IMG/VR virus record: IMGVR_UViG_3300032225_001255
Span: 1-29,254 of that record
From: a virus
Lineage: Duplodnaviria > Caudoviricetes
Reading direction: 5' to 3' (one strand)
DNA: 29,254 nucleotides
Shown here: in pieces, positions 16,731 to 26,493 of the stretch
Layout of the letters: each line of letters starts with the position of its first letter
Position numbering within the stretch: the stretch's first letter is position 1
Program-made: the position numbers and the translations under genes
The notes under the pieces: model-generated
What the model saw: the letters and a program-made list of their open reading frames with translations, nothing else
Databases searched by the model: none
What the model was told of the DNA's origin: nothing

Positions 16731-17256
16731 CGAACAGAGCGCACCTAACTTCTTCGCTGTTGTGAATGACATGGCTAAACGCTTTGTCGAGTTGATGCAG
16801 TCTGACTATCGAATGAAACGAAAGGTAGGACGCAACTACACGAATGCAGTAGCAAGTGGAACGCTTGAAAAGTCATTAGCTTACAGATTAAAGATTAAAG
16901 GATCTTTAATCAATATTTCGATATATGCAAAGGGTAAAGCATCTGAATATTTTCTTGCACGTGAGAACGGAAGAAGACCAGGCAAGCAACCACCAGTAAG
17001 CGCAATTTTAGATTGGATGCGATTAAAGCCTATTAAGTTACGTGACAAAGAAAGTGGTAAGTTCAAGAAATCAACAGAAGCACTAAAAAAACAAGTTGCT
17101 TTTATGATTGCTCGTAAGATAGGACGTGACGGAATAAAGGGTTGGAAGGCATTTGACTACGCAATGGAAAACATTTGGGATGAATACGAAGCAAAAATAA
17201 TTGATGCTTACGGTAAAGATTTTGGAGCAAGTTTAGAAGGATTAAACGACATATAA
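16723..17256 (+). CDS. Tail completion/neck protein (HK97 gp10-like)
   Basis: ASGTLEKSL...ENGRRPGKQPPVSAILDW...FMIARKIGRDGIKG. Confidence 0.7.
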   Translation: MANEQSAPNFFAVVNDMAKRFVELMQSDYRMKRKVGRNYTNAVASGTLEKSLAYRLKIKGSLINISIYAKGKASEYFLARENGRRPGKQPPVSAILDWMRLKPIKLRDKESGKFKKSTEALKKQVAFMIARKIGRDGIKGWKAFDYAMENIWDEYEAKIIDAYGKDFGASLEGLNDI

Positions 17257-17267
17257 AAAATAAAATA

Positions 17268-18500
17268 ATGGCAATTACTATCAACGATCAACCGTCTCAA
17301 TATACGCCTATCGGACAACGACTTATGATTGTTTGCAGTTCAACAAACTTAGGTAACACAGGTTTTCGTTATGTGTTCGACTTTGGTTCTTTCCAAGTCA
17401 ATGTACAACCTAACGCAAGCGGAAAGGGAATGCTTGATCTTGCGCCAATATTCAGAGAATCATTGACACATGACCCTTTACTTTTGACAACAAATACAAC
17501 TGAAACTTCAAGTGTTGCTAATATTAGTTGTACAATTAAAGAAGGTTGGTTGGTTGACGGAGTATTTACTATTAGCGGAAGCGGAATGGCTGACATTGAT
17601 AATGTATTTGCTTTCCTTGCTGAATACCAAGTAAGCGATGGTTATAAACCAGATGTCAATATTCGTTATGCCTTAGATGGACTGTCAAAGTATTTAATGA
17701 GCGAACGAACAGTTAATACGCATAATTGGATTGAAGCATCTGCTCGTGGTTTGTCGAGTGACTATATTTATATTCCAACGCGATTAGCTGACTATGGAAT
17801 TATGTACACACCTTCAGCAACGGCATTGCTTCTAGATAACAATTTTGACATTGCAGTATTTTCAACATACGACAATAATAACGCTTTGATTGATACGGTA
17901 AAAGTTGAATTGAGTGACGCAAATAATCTTGTTAATGTCATTGGTGCTAATCCAATGAATTTGATTGCAGGTGGTTTAGATTTCACAAATGTTAAGTATT
18001 ACACGATACAAATTGGAAAAGAAATTATGTTCCCTATCTACACACCCGCTTCACGCGTTTATTGTTTTTATCTTGTTCCTGACGATTGTCGCTTTGACAA
18101 TGTTCGTTTGAGTTGGGCAAATACTTGTGGCGGTGTTGATTACTTCAATTTTACAAAGAAGTCGGAGTTATCGTACAACTACGATCGTAAGCAATACCAA
18201 AAAGTGGTAGGTTCATATAACGAATCAACGTTCGGTTTTAACACTTCAGACAGAGGTTCAACAGACCGATATGTGACTACAACAAAAGGACTACAAATAA
18301 ACAGCGACTGGATAAGCGTAGGCGAGTTTCAATTGCTTCAAACGCTTTGTCGTTCCAATGACGTATACATAATTAATGACGAGGGTACAATGACACCTGT
18401 TCTTATAGATACTCAGAACTTTGTTATCAAAGACGAACGCTATTCAAAAGTTTACAACGTTACTTTGAACCTTAAATACTCACAACCTGTAGGCTTATGA
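17268..18500 (+). CDS. Tail tip/baseplate protein (distal-tail-like)
   Basis: Beta-rich, with WANTCGGVDYFNF motif; position in the tail module. Confidence 0.6.
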   Translation: MAITINDQPSQYTPIGQRLMIVCSSTNLGNTGFRYVFDFGSFQVNVQPNASGKGMLDLAPIFRESLTHDPLLLTTNTTETSSVANISCTIKEGWLVDGVFTISGSGMADIDNVFAFLAEYQVSDGYKPDVNIRYALDGLSKYLMSERTVNTHNWIEASARGLSSDYIYIPTRLADYGIMYTPSATALLLDNNFDIAVFSTYDNNNALIDTVKVELSDANNLVNVIGANPMNLIAGGLDFTNVKYYTIQIGKEIMFPIYTPASRVYCFYLVPDDCRFDNVRLSWANTCGGVDYFNFTKKSELSYNYDRKQYQKVVGSYNESTFGFNTSDRGSTDRYVTTTKGLQINSDWISVGEFQLLQTLCRSNDVYIINDEGTMTPVLIDTQNFVIKDERYSKVYNVTLNLKYSQPVGL

Positions 18501-21151
18501 TAAACGAAGTAATACTAACGCTAACCGATAATAACGGCAATGCGTCAACAATTGACCTTTATGAGAATGAAAAGGTACATCTCAACTACAAATTCACAGA
18601 CCTAACGAACTTCAGTTCAATAGGCAACTACTCTCAGGAATTTCGCATTCCTGCAAGTAAGAATAACGTAGACTTCTTCGGTGCTATCTTTAATGTAAAC
18701 TTCAATGGTTGGTTTGACTTTCGTAAGAAAGTTGATGCCTCGCTAACAGTTAACACAATACCCATTGCAACGGGACATATACAAGTGAAAAAGTTGTACT
18801 GGCAGACGGGTAAACTATTCGAATTTGAAGTAGTTTTCTTTGGTGAAATACCAAATCTTTCACGTTTATTAAATGAGAAGAAGTTACGCGATATTGAGAG
18901 TATTGCAGCAGGTGACTTAGACTATGATTTTATTTATGCTAATGTTATAACCCCACCGAATGACCATACTATTTTAACATTATGCGATAAGTGGAATTTA
19001 ACAGAATCAAATCAGCAAGGACAGCCTATTTTTTGGGAATACAATTTAACTGATCCTGGAAATACAGCACAACCTTTAAGAGTTGGACATTTAACGCCAG
19101 CTGTACGTGCATATTATTTATTTGACCAAATACTTAAAGATGCAGGTATACAATGGACAAGTGATAATTTAAGTTCATGTCTTGAAAATGTTTATATACC
19201 ATTTATTAATGGTCAATATTTGAATAGTTCTGTTGGTCTTAATGATAATGCTTCAAAATTAGCTTTAGCAAATAATATATATGGATTAAGTTTTGGATTT
19301 TCTTCAAACTTATATAACTTATATAGTGATTTTACAGAGTATCAAGATACAGGAAATAATTGGAGTAGTGGTATTTTTACTGTACCTTTTAATGGTAATT
19401 ATACTTTTAACATTGCAATAAATGGTAGAGTTAATACATTAGATGGTTATGATTATCAAGGTTTATATTATACAAGAATTGTAGTATATGTAAATGATAT
19501 TTATACTTATTCTTATGAGTTAAATCAAGGGGGTTATATTTTTCACTTAAATACAAATCAAACATATTCTTTTAATACAGGAGATGAAGTAAAATTTTAC
19601 TTTCAATTAGTTCCACAACAAGGTAATTTACCTTTTTATGCTCCAATTTGGGATGTAGATTTATTTGGAAACACTCATATAGATTCATTTGGAACTGGGC
19701 TTGAATTATTAAGTATTGGTACTCCACTTGTAGGTGGAACTTGTGTAATGAAATTGAATGCTCCAGATATGAAGCAAATAGACTTTTTAACGTCTATACA
19801 AAAAATGTTTAATTTATCCTTCATTCCTGATAAAACACTACCAAATACGTTGCGTATTGAACCTATGAGTGAGTTTATTGGAAGTGGTAACACACTTGAT
19901 TGGAGTGATAAACTAGACTTGTCAAAAGATATAATGTATTACCCAACAACCGATTTACAAAAAGCAAATTTTACTTTTACTTATGCTGATGATAATGACT
20001 ATTTTAATTCTTTATATAAAGATAATGGTCATTTATATGGAACTTATAAAGTAACAGAAAACGACTTTGAAATAATTAATGAGTTTGCAACAGGTGAAGA
20101 AAAGGTTGAATTAACTTTTGCTCCAACACCTTGTTCAAATGTTGAAACATCAAATGTTATTGTCCCTAAATTTGTAAATAGCGAAGGTAATTTTGTTCAA
20201 CCTAAACCGCGTATTCTTTATTATGCTGCTGATTCTTTAGTACGATTATGGAATGAAGTTACAAACGGTCTTCAAAATACTTTAGTTCCTTGTTTAAATA
20301 ACTTCAGTTCAGTCAATGCAACAGTAAGCGATAAAGATTTAAACTTTGCTCCTGAGATAGCATTACATCCAATAATAGCACCGCCATATAACAACTTATA
20401 CAATCGTTGGTGGCGTAACTATTACCGTGAACTTTACGACGGACAAGCGCGTATAATGGAAGGAATGTTCGCACTAACATTAAACGACATATTTACTTTT
20501 CAATTTAGCGATAGGATATGGATTGTAGATTCATGGTGGCGCATTCTTGAAATTACGGGTTACGTTGTTGGTGAGCAAGAAATGACCAGCGTCAAACTTA
20601 TTCGTCTTCTTGATATAGATAATGGCTGCGACCTTAAACCTGTCTCAGCTAATCTTGACCAAACGTTAAATTGGGAAACTCCGAATGGAGATCCTGCAAC
20701 AGTAACTGAAGATTGCTGTCGTCGTTTTGGCTATAATTGGAATAGTGCGAAGAACAATTGTTTTTCACAACCCAACATAGGTACGCGTTCATTCATAACA
20801 GCACAAGCACCTACTTTAGCACCAACCGATTTCGGAGCGCCAGTACGTTTCAACGCTTCTGTTTCACAACCTATTAAGACACTCACTACAGATTATGTGG
20901 TAACTAATTTTGATAGAGTATTGATTGGAGATGAAAGCGCAGGTGATATAATCGTTTACTTGCCTTCTGCAACGACCATAATAGGTCGTGAAATAATCAT
21001 TCAGAATAAGACAGGAACGAACAAGATTATTATTACTCCTTATACCGGTGAAACAATCAACGGTAGTATTTCATTGTGGCTCACAACAGCAAGACAAACA
21101 GTAACATTAATTAGCGATGGAACAGACTTCACAACAACAACTGCAAAGTAA
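18497..21151 (+). CDS. Large tail tip/hub protein
   Basis: YSQEFRIPASKNN, DFLTSIQKMFNL, DWSDKLD; C-terminal fibre-like domain. Confidence 0.7.
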   Translation: MINEVILTLTDNNGNASTIDLYENEKVHLNYKFTDLTNFSSIGNYSQEFRIPASKNNVDFFGAIFNVNFNGWFDFRKKVDASLTVNTIPIATGHIQVKKLYWQTGKLFEFEVVFFGEIPNLSRLLNEKKLRDIESIAAGDLDYDFIYANVITPPNDHTILTLCDKWNLTESNQQGQPIFWEYNLTDPGNTAQPLRVGHLTPAVRAYYLFDQILKDAGIQWTSDNLSSCLENVYIPFINGQYLNSSVGLNDNASKLALANNIYGLSFGFSSNLYNLYSDFTEYQDTGNNWSSGIFTVPFNGNYTFNIAINGRVNTLDGYDYQGLYYTRIVVYVNDIYTYSYELNQGGYIFHLNTNQTYSFNTGDEVKFYFQLVPQQGNLPFYAPIWDVDLFGNTHIDSFGTGLELLSIGTPLVGGTCVMKLNAPDMKQIDFLTSIQKMFNLSFIPDKTLPNTLRIEPMSEFIGSGNTLDWSDKLDLSKDIMYYPTTDLQKANFTFTYADDNDYFNSLYKDNGHLYGTYKVTENDFEIINEFATGEEKVELTFAPTPCSNVETSNVIVPKFVNSEGNFVQPKPRILYYAADSLVRLWNEVTNGLQNTLVPCLNNFSSVNATVSDKDLNFAPEIALHPIIAPPYNNLYNRWWRNYYRELYDGQARIMEGMFALTLNDIFTFQFSDRIWIVDSWWRILEITGYVVGEQEMTSVKLIRLLDIDNGCDLKPVSANLDQTLNWETPNGDPATVTEDCCRRFGYNWNSAKNNCFSQPNIGTRSFITAQAPTLAPTDFGAPVRFNASVSQPIKTLTTDYVVTNFDRVLIGDESAGDIIVYLPSATTIIGREIIIQNKTGTNKIIITPYTGETINGSISLWLTTARQTVTLISDGTDFTTTTAK

Positions 21152-21335
21152 AGCAAACGCAATGGGGGCGTGTTTAGAGTTCATTAAGTTGAATATGAAA
21201 AGCAATAGCGAGTTTGGACGTATGGCAAATGGCAAGCGTAATCTAAAAATGTGGAAGCACTATGCATGGAAAGTAATTCGTATTTCGGTAAATGTAGCAT
21301 TTTGGATATTTATAATTTATAAACTACTCTCATAA
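21117..21335 (+). CDS. Small membrane protein preceding tape measure
   Basis: C-terminal hydrophobic helix; the start may be 21161. Confidence 0.55.
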   Translation: MEQTSQQQLQSKANAMGACLEFIKLNMKSNSEFGRMANGKRNLKMWKHYAWKVIRISVNVAFWIFIIYKLLS

Positions 21336-23443
21336 TGGCAAATTCAATAGATATACTTGTAAATACAAATGGTGTAACTGTTCTTAATCAAACAGCTGAA
21401 GCTGCTGACAATGCGGCTAAATCATTTGGGATAGCTAAAACAGAATTAAATAATTTACAAAAGCAGCTTCAAGATATGGCTGCTGCTGGTCAGCAAAATA
21501 CAGAAGAATTTAGAAAAGCAGCAGAAAGAGCAGGAGAACTTAAATCAAGTTTACAAGGTTTAACAGCTGAAATTAATGCAAATGCAGGAAGTGCTTTTGA
21601 AGGCATTTCAAATAATGTTTCTCTTTTTGGAGATCGTTTAATGTCATTAGATTTAAAAGGAGCAGGTCAAGCATTGACAGGAATGGGTAATGCTGTTTCT
21701 CGTATCAATATAAAATCTTTAAAAGACGAACTTGGCGGTCTTGTTAGCGGTTTAGGAAATCTTGCAGGCGCTATTATTTCAAATCCATTACTTGCACTTG
21801 GCGGTGCAGTTGTTGGTTTAATAATGAACTTTGATAAGATAAATAATATTTTAGCAGGAACAGCAGAAAAAGTAGAAAAATTAGGTCAAGCTAATCTTGA
21901 TTTAGAAACACAAAACAAACTTCTTGAAAATAAATTAAACATTGAAAAAATTAGTAATGCAAATTCTGCATATGCTATAAAACTTCAAAAAGAAATTGCT
22001 CAAAATAATATTAAAGCAGCCGAAAACGAATTAACCATTGCTAAAACAACTGGAGATATTAATTCAATACGAGAAAAAGAAAATTTACTTATTGAAAAAA
22101 GAAATTTTCTTAATACTATAACTGCACAACAAGAAAAAGACAGACAAGGTGCTGTTGATTATGCTCGCTCTATTTTATATAAAGGTTATAAAGAACAACT
22201 TGAAAATTCTAAACAACAACAATTAATAGAAACGCAACGAGTTGCAACAGCAGAATTAATAAAACAAAAACAAGAAGAACTTTTAGGTGTAAGAGCAAAA
22301 GAATCTATATTAATTCAAGATTCAAACAAAGAAGACGAAAAGAAAAAGAAAAATTTTGTTGAAATAAATAATGAAGCTAAAGTAAACTATATTGAAAGAG
22401 CTGCTGAAAGTGAAGCTGTAAAAGCAAAACAAGACGAAATAAACAAACTTATTGCTGAAGAATCCGATTTAAAAAAGGTTTCTAATATGCTTTGGAATGG
22501 AGAACTTTTAAAAGTTGAAGAAGTAAATACAGAAATAGCAAAAGGTGATGACGCAGCAGCAAAAAGATTAAAGGATCGTTTAGAATATGAAAAAGAAGCG
22601 CGCCAAAGTAGATTAGATGATATAGAAAGAATTGATGAAGAAATTTATCAAACAACTTTAAGTGAACAGGAGAAAGAAATTGACGCAGTTAGAAATAAGT
22701 ATTTTGAATTAATAACACTTGCTGATTTTTATGGTCGAGATTCAACATCTTTAAAAGAAACTCAAGCAAAAGCAGAAGCAGAAATAAATAAAAAATATGC
22801 CGATGCAGCTTTACAACTAAAACTTGATAACGATGAAAAATTAAAAGCTGCTGATGAAAAAGCAAAAGCAGAAGCCAAAAAAAGAGAAGAGGAAGCAACT
22901 CAATTTGAAATTCAAAGTCAAAATCAACTAGCAGAAGCAAAGTGGAATATAGCAAATGGTTCAATATCTTTATTAGGAACACTTTTTCAAAAAAATAAGA
23001 AGGCAGCAGATGTTGCTTTTGCTCTTGAAAAAGGTCTTGCTATTGCTAAAGTAGTAATAAGCAATAGAGCAGCAAATGCTGACATTTTTGCAAAACAATT
23101 AGCATTTTATTCTTCATCTGGACCATTAGCAATACCGTTAGCAGCAGCAAGTTCAGCACCAATGTTTGCAGCAAATAACATAAACGCAGCAGCTGCTATT
23201 GCAGCAATTGTAGCAAGTGGAGTAAGTAAATTTATGAACGGTGGAGGAGTAGGTGGTGGTGGCGGTGGAACTATGCCAAGCGGTGGTGGTGGAACACAAG
23301 CACCTTCACCTGCAAACTTCGCGTTCTTAGGAAACCAACCAAACCAACAACCACCGCTTCAGGCATACGTCGTAAGCAGTCAAGTGAGCAGCAACTTAGA
23401 AGCGCAACAATTAATTCAGAACCAATCAAAATTAGGAGGATAA
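21335..23443 (+). CDS. Tape measure protein
   Basis: 702 aa, Ala/Lys/Glu-rich coiled coil, hydrophobic patches, Gly-rich linker, C-terminal QAYVVSSQV. Confidence 0.85.
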   Translation: MANSIDILVNTNGVTVLNQTAEAADNAAKSFGIAKTELNNLQKQLQDMAAAGQQNTEEFRKAAERAGELKSSLQGLTAEINANAGSAFEGISNNVSLFGDRLMSLDLKGAGQALTGMGNAVSRINIKSLKDELGGLVSGLGNLAGAIISNPLLALGGAVVGLIMNFDKINNILAGTAEKVEKLGQANLDLETQNKLLENKLNIEKISNANSAYAIKLQKEIAQNNIKAAENELTIAKTTGDINSIREKENLLIEKRNFLNTITAQQEKDRQGAVDYARSILYKGYKEQLENSKQQQLIETQRVATAELIKQKQEELLGVRAKESILIQDSNKEDEKKKKNFVEINNEAKVNYIERAAESEAVKAKQDEINKLIAEESDLKKVSNMLWNGELLKVEEVNTEIAKGDDAAAKRLKDRLEYEKEARQSRLDDIERIDEEIYQTTLSEQEKEIDAVRNKYFELITLADFYGRDSTSLKETQAKAEAEINKKYADAALQLKLDNDEKLKAADEKAKAEAKKREEEATQFEIQSQNQLAEAKWNIANGSISLLGTLFQKNKKAADVAFALEKGLAIAKVVISNRAANADIFAKQLAFYSSSGPLAIPLAAASSAPMFAANNINAAAAIAAIVASGVSKFMNGGGVGGGGGGTMPSGGGGTQAPSPANFAFLGNQPNQQPPLQAYVVSSQVSSNLEAQQLIQNQSKLGG

Positions 23444-23446
23444 AAA

Positions 23447-24034
23447 ATGAAAAAAATTAAAGTTATTGAATATGGCATCGACGATGCTGGACTACTCGGA
23501 GTGTACGCAATTAGTGTTGTTGAACAACCCGCCATAGGGGTCGATTTCGTCGCCTTAAGCGAACAACACAATGTGAAGTTCAAAGAAGATTTTAGAGGTC
23601 TTTTATATGGTGCATTGTTAATTCCTGACCAACTGATTTATAGACGGGACGATGCAACAAATGAGGAGTATTATGTGAAGTATTCAAAGGACACCATTCG
23701 CGCTATTGCTTACAACTATATGAAGCAATCAAACCAAAACAACGCAACAGTTGAACACGCAAAAGTAGTTGACGGAGTTAGTCTTGTTGAAACGTGGATA
23801 ATCGAAGGTGAAAACGACAAGTCGAAGAACTTTGGCTTTGATCTTCCAGAAGGTACTTGGTTCGGCTGCATGAAGGTCGAGAACGAAGAAGTAAAGCAAC
23901 AGATTCAAAACAAAGAGGTATTGGGTTTCTCAATCGAAGGGAACTTTGTTATTGACAAAGAAATGTACATGAGTAAACATGAAGAATTTGCTGCACTTCT
24001 TGATGAAATAAACGAGCTTCTTAAAGACGAATAA
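23447..24034 (+). CDS. Prohead protease (XkdF-like serine protease)
   Basis: AISVVEQPAI, GALLIPD, EH, VETWI, LPEGTW and GFSIEG motifs. Confidence 0.85.
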   Translation: MKKIKVIEYGIDDAGLLGVYAISVVEQPAIGVDFVALSEQHNVKFKEDFRGLLYGALLIPDQLIYRRDDATNEEYYVKYSKDTIRAIAYNYMKQSNQNNATVEHAKVVDGVSLVETWIIEGENDKSKNFGFDLPEGTWFGCMKVENEEVKQQIQNKEVLGFSIEGNFVIDKEMYMSKHEEFAALLDEINELLKDE

Positions 24035-24037
24035 GTA

Positions 24038-24214
24038 ATGAATATTGAAGCAGGTGGTTTCTTAAAGTTGGAGTTGTTCAACGACGATGCTAACCTGTTT
24101 TTGAATGCACTTACCAAGATAACGAATGAAGGTGGTAAAATGGGATTCAAAAGTTACGGACTAAGCGAGGACGAAATGAAGACGCTCAACGCAATACTTG
24201 ATTCTTTAGGATAA
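24038..24214 (+). CDS. Hypothetical protein (58 aa, not in ORF track)
   Basis: Manual translation MNIEAGGFLKLELFNDDANLFLNALTKITNEGGKMGFKSYGLSEDEMKTLNAILDSLG. Confidence 0.65.
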   Translation: MNIEAGGFLKLELFNDDANLFLNALTKITNEGGKMGFKSYGLSEDEMKTLNAILDSLG

Positions 24215-24242
24215 AAAAAACGGGGGAAATCACGCCCCCGTT
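24213..24242 (-). terminator. Rho-independent terminator oriented on the minus strand
   Basis: AACGGGGG/CCCCCGTT stem; the A8 run at 24213-24220 gives a U-tract only for minus-strand transcription. Confidence 0.75.
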
Positions 24243-24283
24243 CAAACCTTAAAATCAAAATCAACCTATGAAAAGTCGAATTA
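24213..24283 (-). ncRNA. Candidate ~70 nt antisense small RNA
   Basis: Minus-strand TATATTTG (24289-24296) upstream, U/G-rich body CAUAGGUUGAUUUUGAUUUUAAGG, terminator downstream. Confidence 0.55.
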
Positions 24284-24339
24284 CGAAACAAATATACGTT
24301 CTTTTCTATTTAGGTACTAAACATTTAATAAACACTTAT

Positions 24340-24909
24340 ATGAATTTACGAGAAAAAGTAAACGCTCTTTTCGCAAAGCACAATGTAAGCCTATCAGCTG
24401 AAGAAGTTGTTGAGGTAAAACAGATGGTTGAAGCGATACTACAAGACGGAACAAGTATCTACTCAGACAGCGACGCTTGGGCAGTTGGTGTTCGTGCATT
24501 CGCTAAAGACATGGACGGCAATGAAGTCGCTCTTATGGATGGTGAATACACAACAGCAGAAGGTCTTGTTGTAACTGTTACAGGCGGTCTTGTTGAAGAA
24601 ATTGCTGCTGTTGCTGAAGAAGCACCAGAAGCGGAAGTTGCACCTGTTGAGGTTGTAGCTGAAGAACAAGCATCTGAATCACTAAGCGCAGAAGTTGAAG
24701 GACTTTTGTCATTGGTTGCTAAGTTGGAAAGTGAACTTGCTGACGCTAAAAAAGCGAACGCTAACCTTTCAAGCGAAGTAACAAAATTAAGCGCGCAGCC
24801 TGCCGCTACTTCAATCAAAGAAGTAAAGCAAGCAAAAAACAACGCATCTGCTAAACCTTACAACAAGATGAATGCAGAAGAACGTTTCTTCTTTCACTTA
24901 AACAAATAA
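24340..24909 (+). CDS. Capsid scaffolding-like protein
   Basis: Acidic and Ala/Glu-rich, DGEYTTAEG motif, coiled coil; lies between protease and capsid. An in-frame upstream ATG exists at 24268. Confidence 0.75.
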   Translation: MNLREKVNALFAKHNVSLSAEEVVEVKQMVEAILQDGTSIYSDSDAWAVGVRAFAKDMDGNEVALMDGEYTTAEGLVVTVTGGLVEEIAAVAEEAPEAEVAPVEVVAEEQASESLSAEVEGLLSLVAKLESELADAKKANANLSSEVTKLSAQPAATSIKEVKQAKNNASAKPYNKMNAEERFFFHLNK

Positions 24910-24926
24910 AAAAATAAAATAAAAAA

Positions 24927-25823
24927 ATGGCTACTACCACTTCATTAACTACAACCTTCGCAGGTCGTGAAGCAGCAGGATATATCCGCGCTGCATTTTT
25001 GAGTAACGAGTCTTTGGCTGCAGTTACCTTCAAAGAAAATATCGAATACAAACAAGTTGTTCGCAAATTAGTTGATTCTATCAGCTTCAAAAACGCTACT
25101 TGTGATTTTGATCCACAAGGAACAGTTACTTTAACAGAGCGTGTTCTTGTTCTTGAGAAATTCCAAATCCACAGACAATTGTGTAAGAAAGATTTCTTAG
25201 CAGATTGGGAAGCAAAATCAGAGCAAAACGGAAATCTTCACGCTTCATTAGCTGACGCAATGATTGCTAACATCTTAGCAGGAATGGCAGGTGAGAACGA
25301 GCGTTTGATTTGGCAGGGTGTTAACGCTAACGCAGGTGAGTACGATGGTTTCGAAACATTGCTTTCTGCTGACGGAAGTGTTAATGCAGTTCCAACTCCA
25401 GTTGCTATCACTGAAGCTAACGTAATTGCTAAAATTAAGTTGTTGGTTGCTCAAATGCCTATCCGCATCCGTCGTGCTGCTGAGAAGCCTGTTATCTTAC
25501 TTTCATCTGACGTTGCAGAACACTATCGTAATGCAGTTTTAGGACTTGGCGCAGGTTACTACTTGTATCAAGGAGAGGCTATCAAGATGACTTGGAACGG
25601 TCAGTACGACATTATCGAGTGTCCGGGTATGTCTTCTTCTACTATGGTAATGTGGCAGAAGTCTAATGCTTGGTTCGGTACTAACTTGATGGATCAATGG
25701 AATAACGTTGCTCTTTTGGATATGTATGCACATGACCTTTCTGATAACGTTCGTTTTGCTGCTTCTTTCTTCGCTGGTGTTCAGTACGGATTCGGAAACG
25801 AAATCGCTTACTACAACGCATAA
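24927..25823 (+). CDS. Major capsid protein
   Basis: 298 aa after the scaffold; CDFDPQGTVTLTER, ENERLIWQG, YDGF, GVQYG; followed by a terminator. Confidence 0.85.
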   Translation: MATTTSLTTTFAGREAAGYIRAAFLSNESLAAVTFKENIEYKQVVRKLVDSISFKNATCDFDPQGTVTLTERVLVLEKFQIHRQLCKKDFLADWEAKSEQNGNLHASLADAMIANILAGMAGENERLIWQGVNANAGEYDGFETLLSADGSVNAVPTPVAITEANVIAKIKLLVAQMPIRIRRAAEKPVILLSSDVAEHYRNAVLGLGAGYYLYQGEAIKMTWNGQYDIIECPGMSSSTMVMWQKSNAWFGTNLMDQWNNVALLDMYAHDLSDNVRFAASFFAGVQYGFGNEIAYYNA

Positions 25824-25849
25824 TCAGACCATTCTAACCCTTGCATAAT

Positions 25850-25881
25850 AGAGGTGGTGGCATAAAAACCACCCCTCTTTT
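25850..25881 (+). terminator. Terminator after capsid gene
   Basis: AGAGGTGGTGG...CCACCCCTCT stem followed by TTTT. Confidence 0.65.
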
Positions 25882-25904
25882 GTGCTAATAAAAAACATAA
25901 TAAT

Positions 25905-26420
25905 ATGGCAAATTGTGAATTAAGTATTGGATTCGACCTCGATTGTAAAGACGGGGTAGGCGGTATCAAACAAATTGTTTTGGCAGATTGGAATAATATT
26001 AATTTAAACACAATTACTCTAGATCAGGACGAAATTATTACAGCACTTCCACAAGGAACTGATTTGTACAATTACGCGTTACCAACACAAACAGGATCGT
26101 TTGAAGAAACAATAAATTTTAACCGCGACGCGGGTACTATTTTCTATACGCAAACGGTAAACATTATGTTGCAAAAATTAAGTGCTGCAAAGCGTCTTGA
26201 ATTGCAAAGTGTTGCTACTACTCGAGTTGTTGTTTTCGTTAACGATGCAAACGACAATTGGTGGGCTGTTGGTGTTGAAAATGGAGCAGACCTTTCTACT
26301 GCAACAGGAGCAACAGGTACTGTTTTTGGTGACGCACACGGTTATACTTTGGCGTTCGTTCAAGAAAGCGTTAAGCGTGCTTACAAATTATCTGCATCTC
26401 CGTCTATTTTAGTAGACTAA
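25905..26420 (+). CDS. Major tail (tube) protein
   Basis: C..S.G..LDCKDGVGGIK N-terminus; TGTVFGDAHGYTLAF. Confidence 0.7.
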   Translation: MANCELSIGFDLDCKDGVGGIKQIVLADWNNINLNTITLDQDEIITALPQGTDLYNYALPTQTGSFEETINFNRDAGTIFYTQTVNIMLQKLSAAKRLELQSVATTRVVVFVNDANDNWWAVGVENGADLSTATGATGTVFGDAHGYTLAFVQESVKRAYKLSASPSILVD

Positions 26421-26431
26421 TAAAAACTTTT

Positions 26432-26461
26432 ACACATAGAGGGGCAACGCGTCCCTCTGTG
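26432..26461 (+). terminator. Hairpin after tail tube gene
   Basis: CATAGAGGG...CCCTCTGTG stem (one G-U pair); no clear U-tract. Confidence 0.45.
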
Positions 26462-26493
26462 CTGTAATTTCAGCAAACAAATAAAAGGATAGA

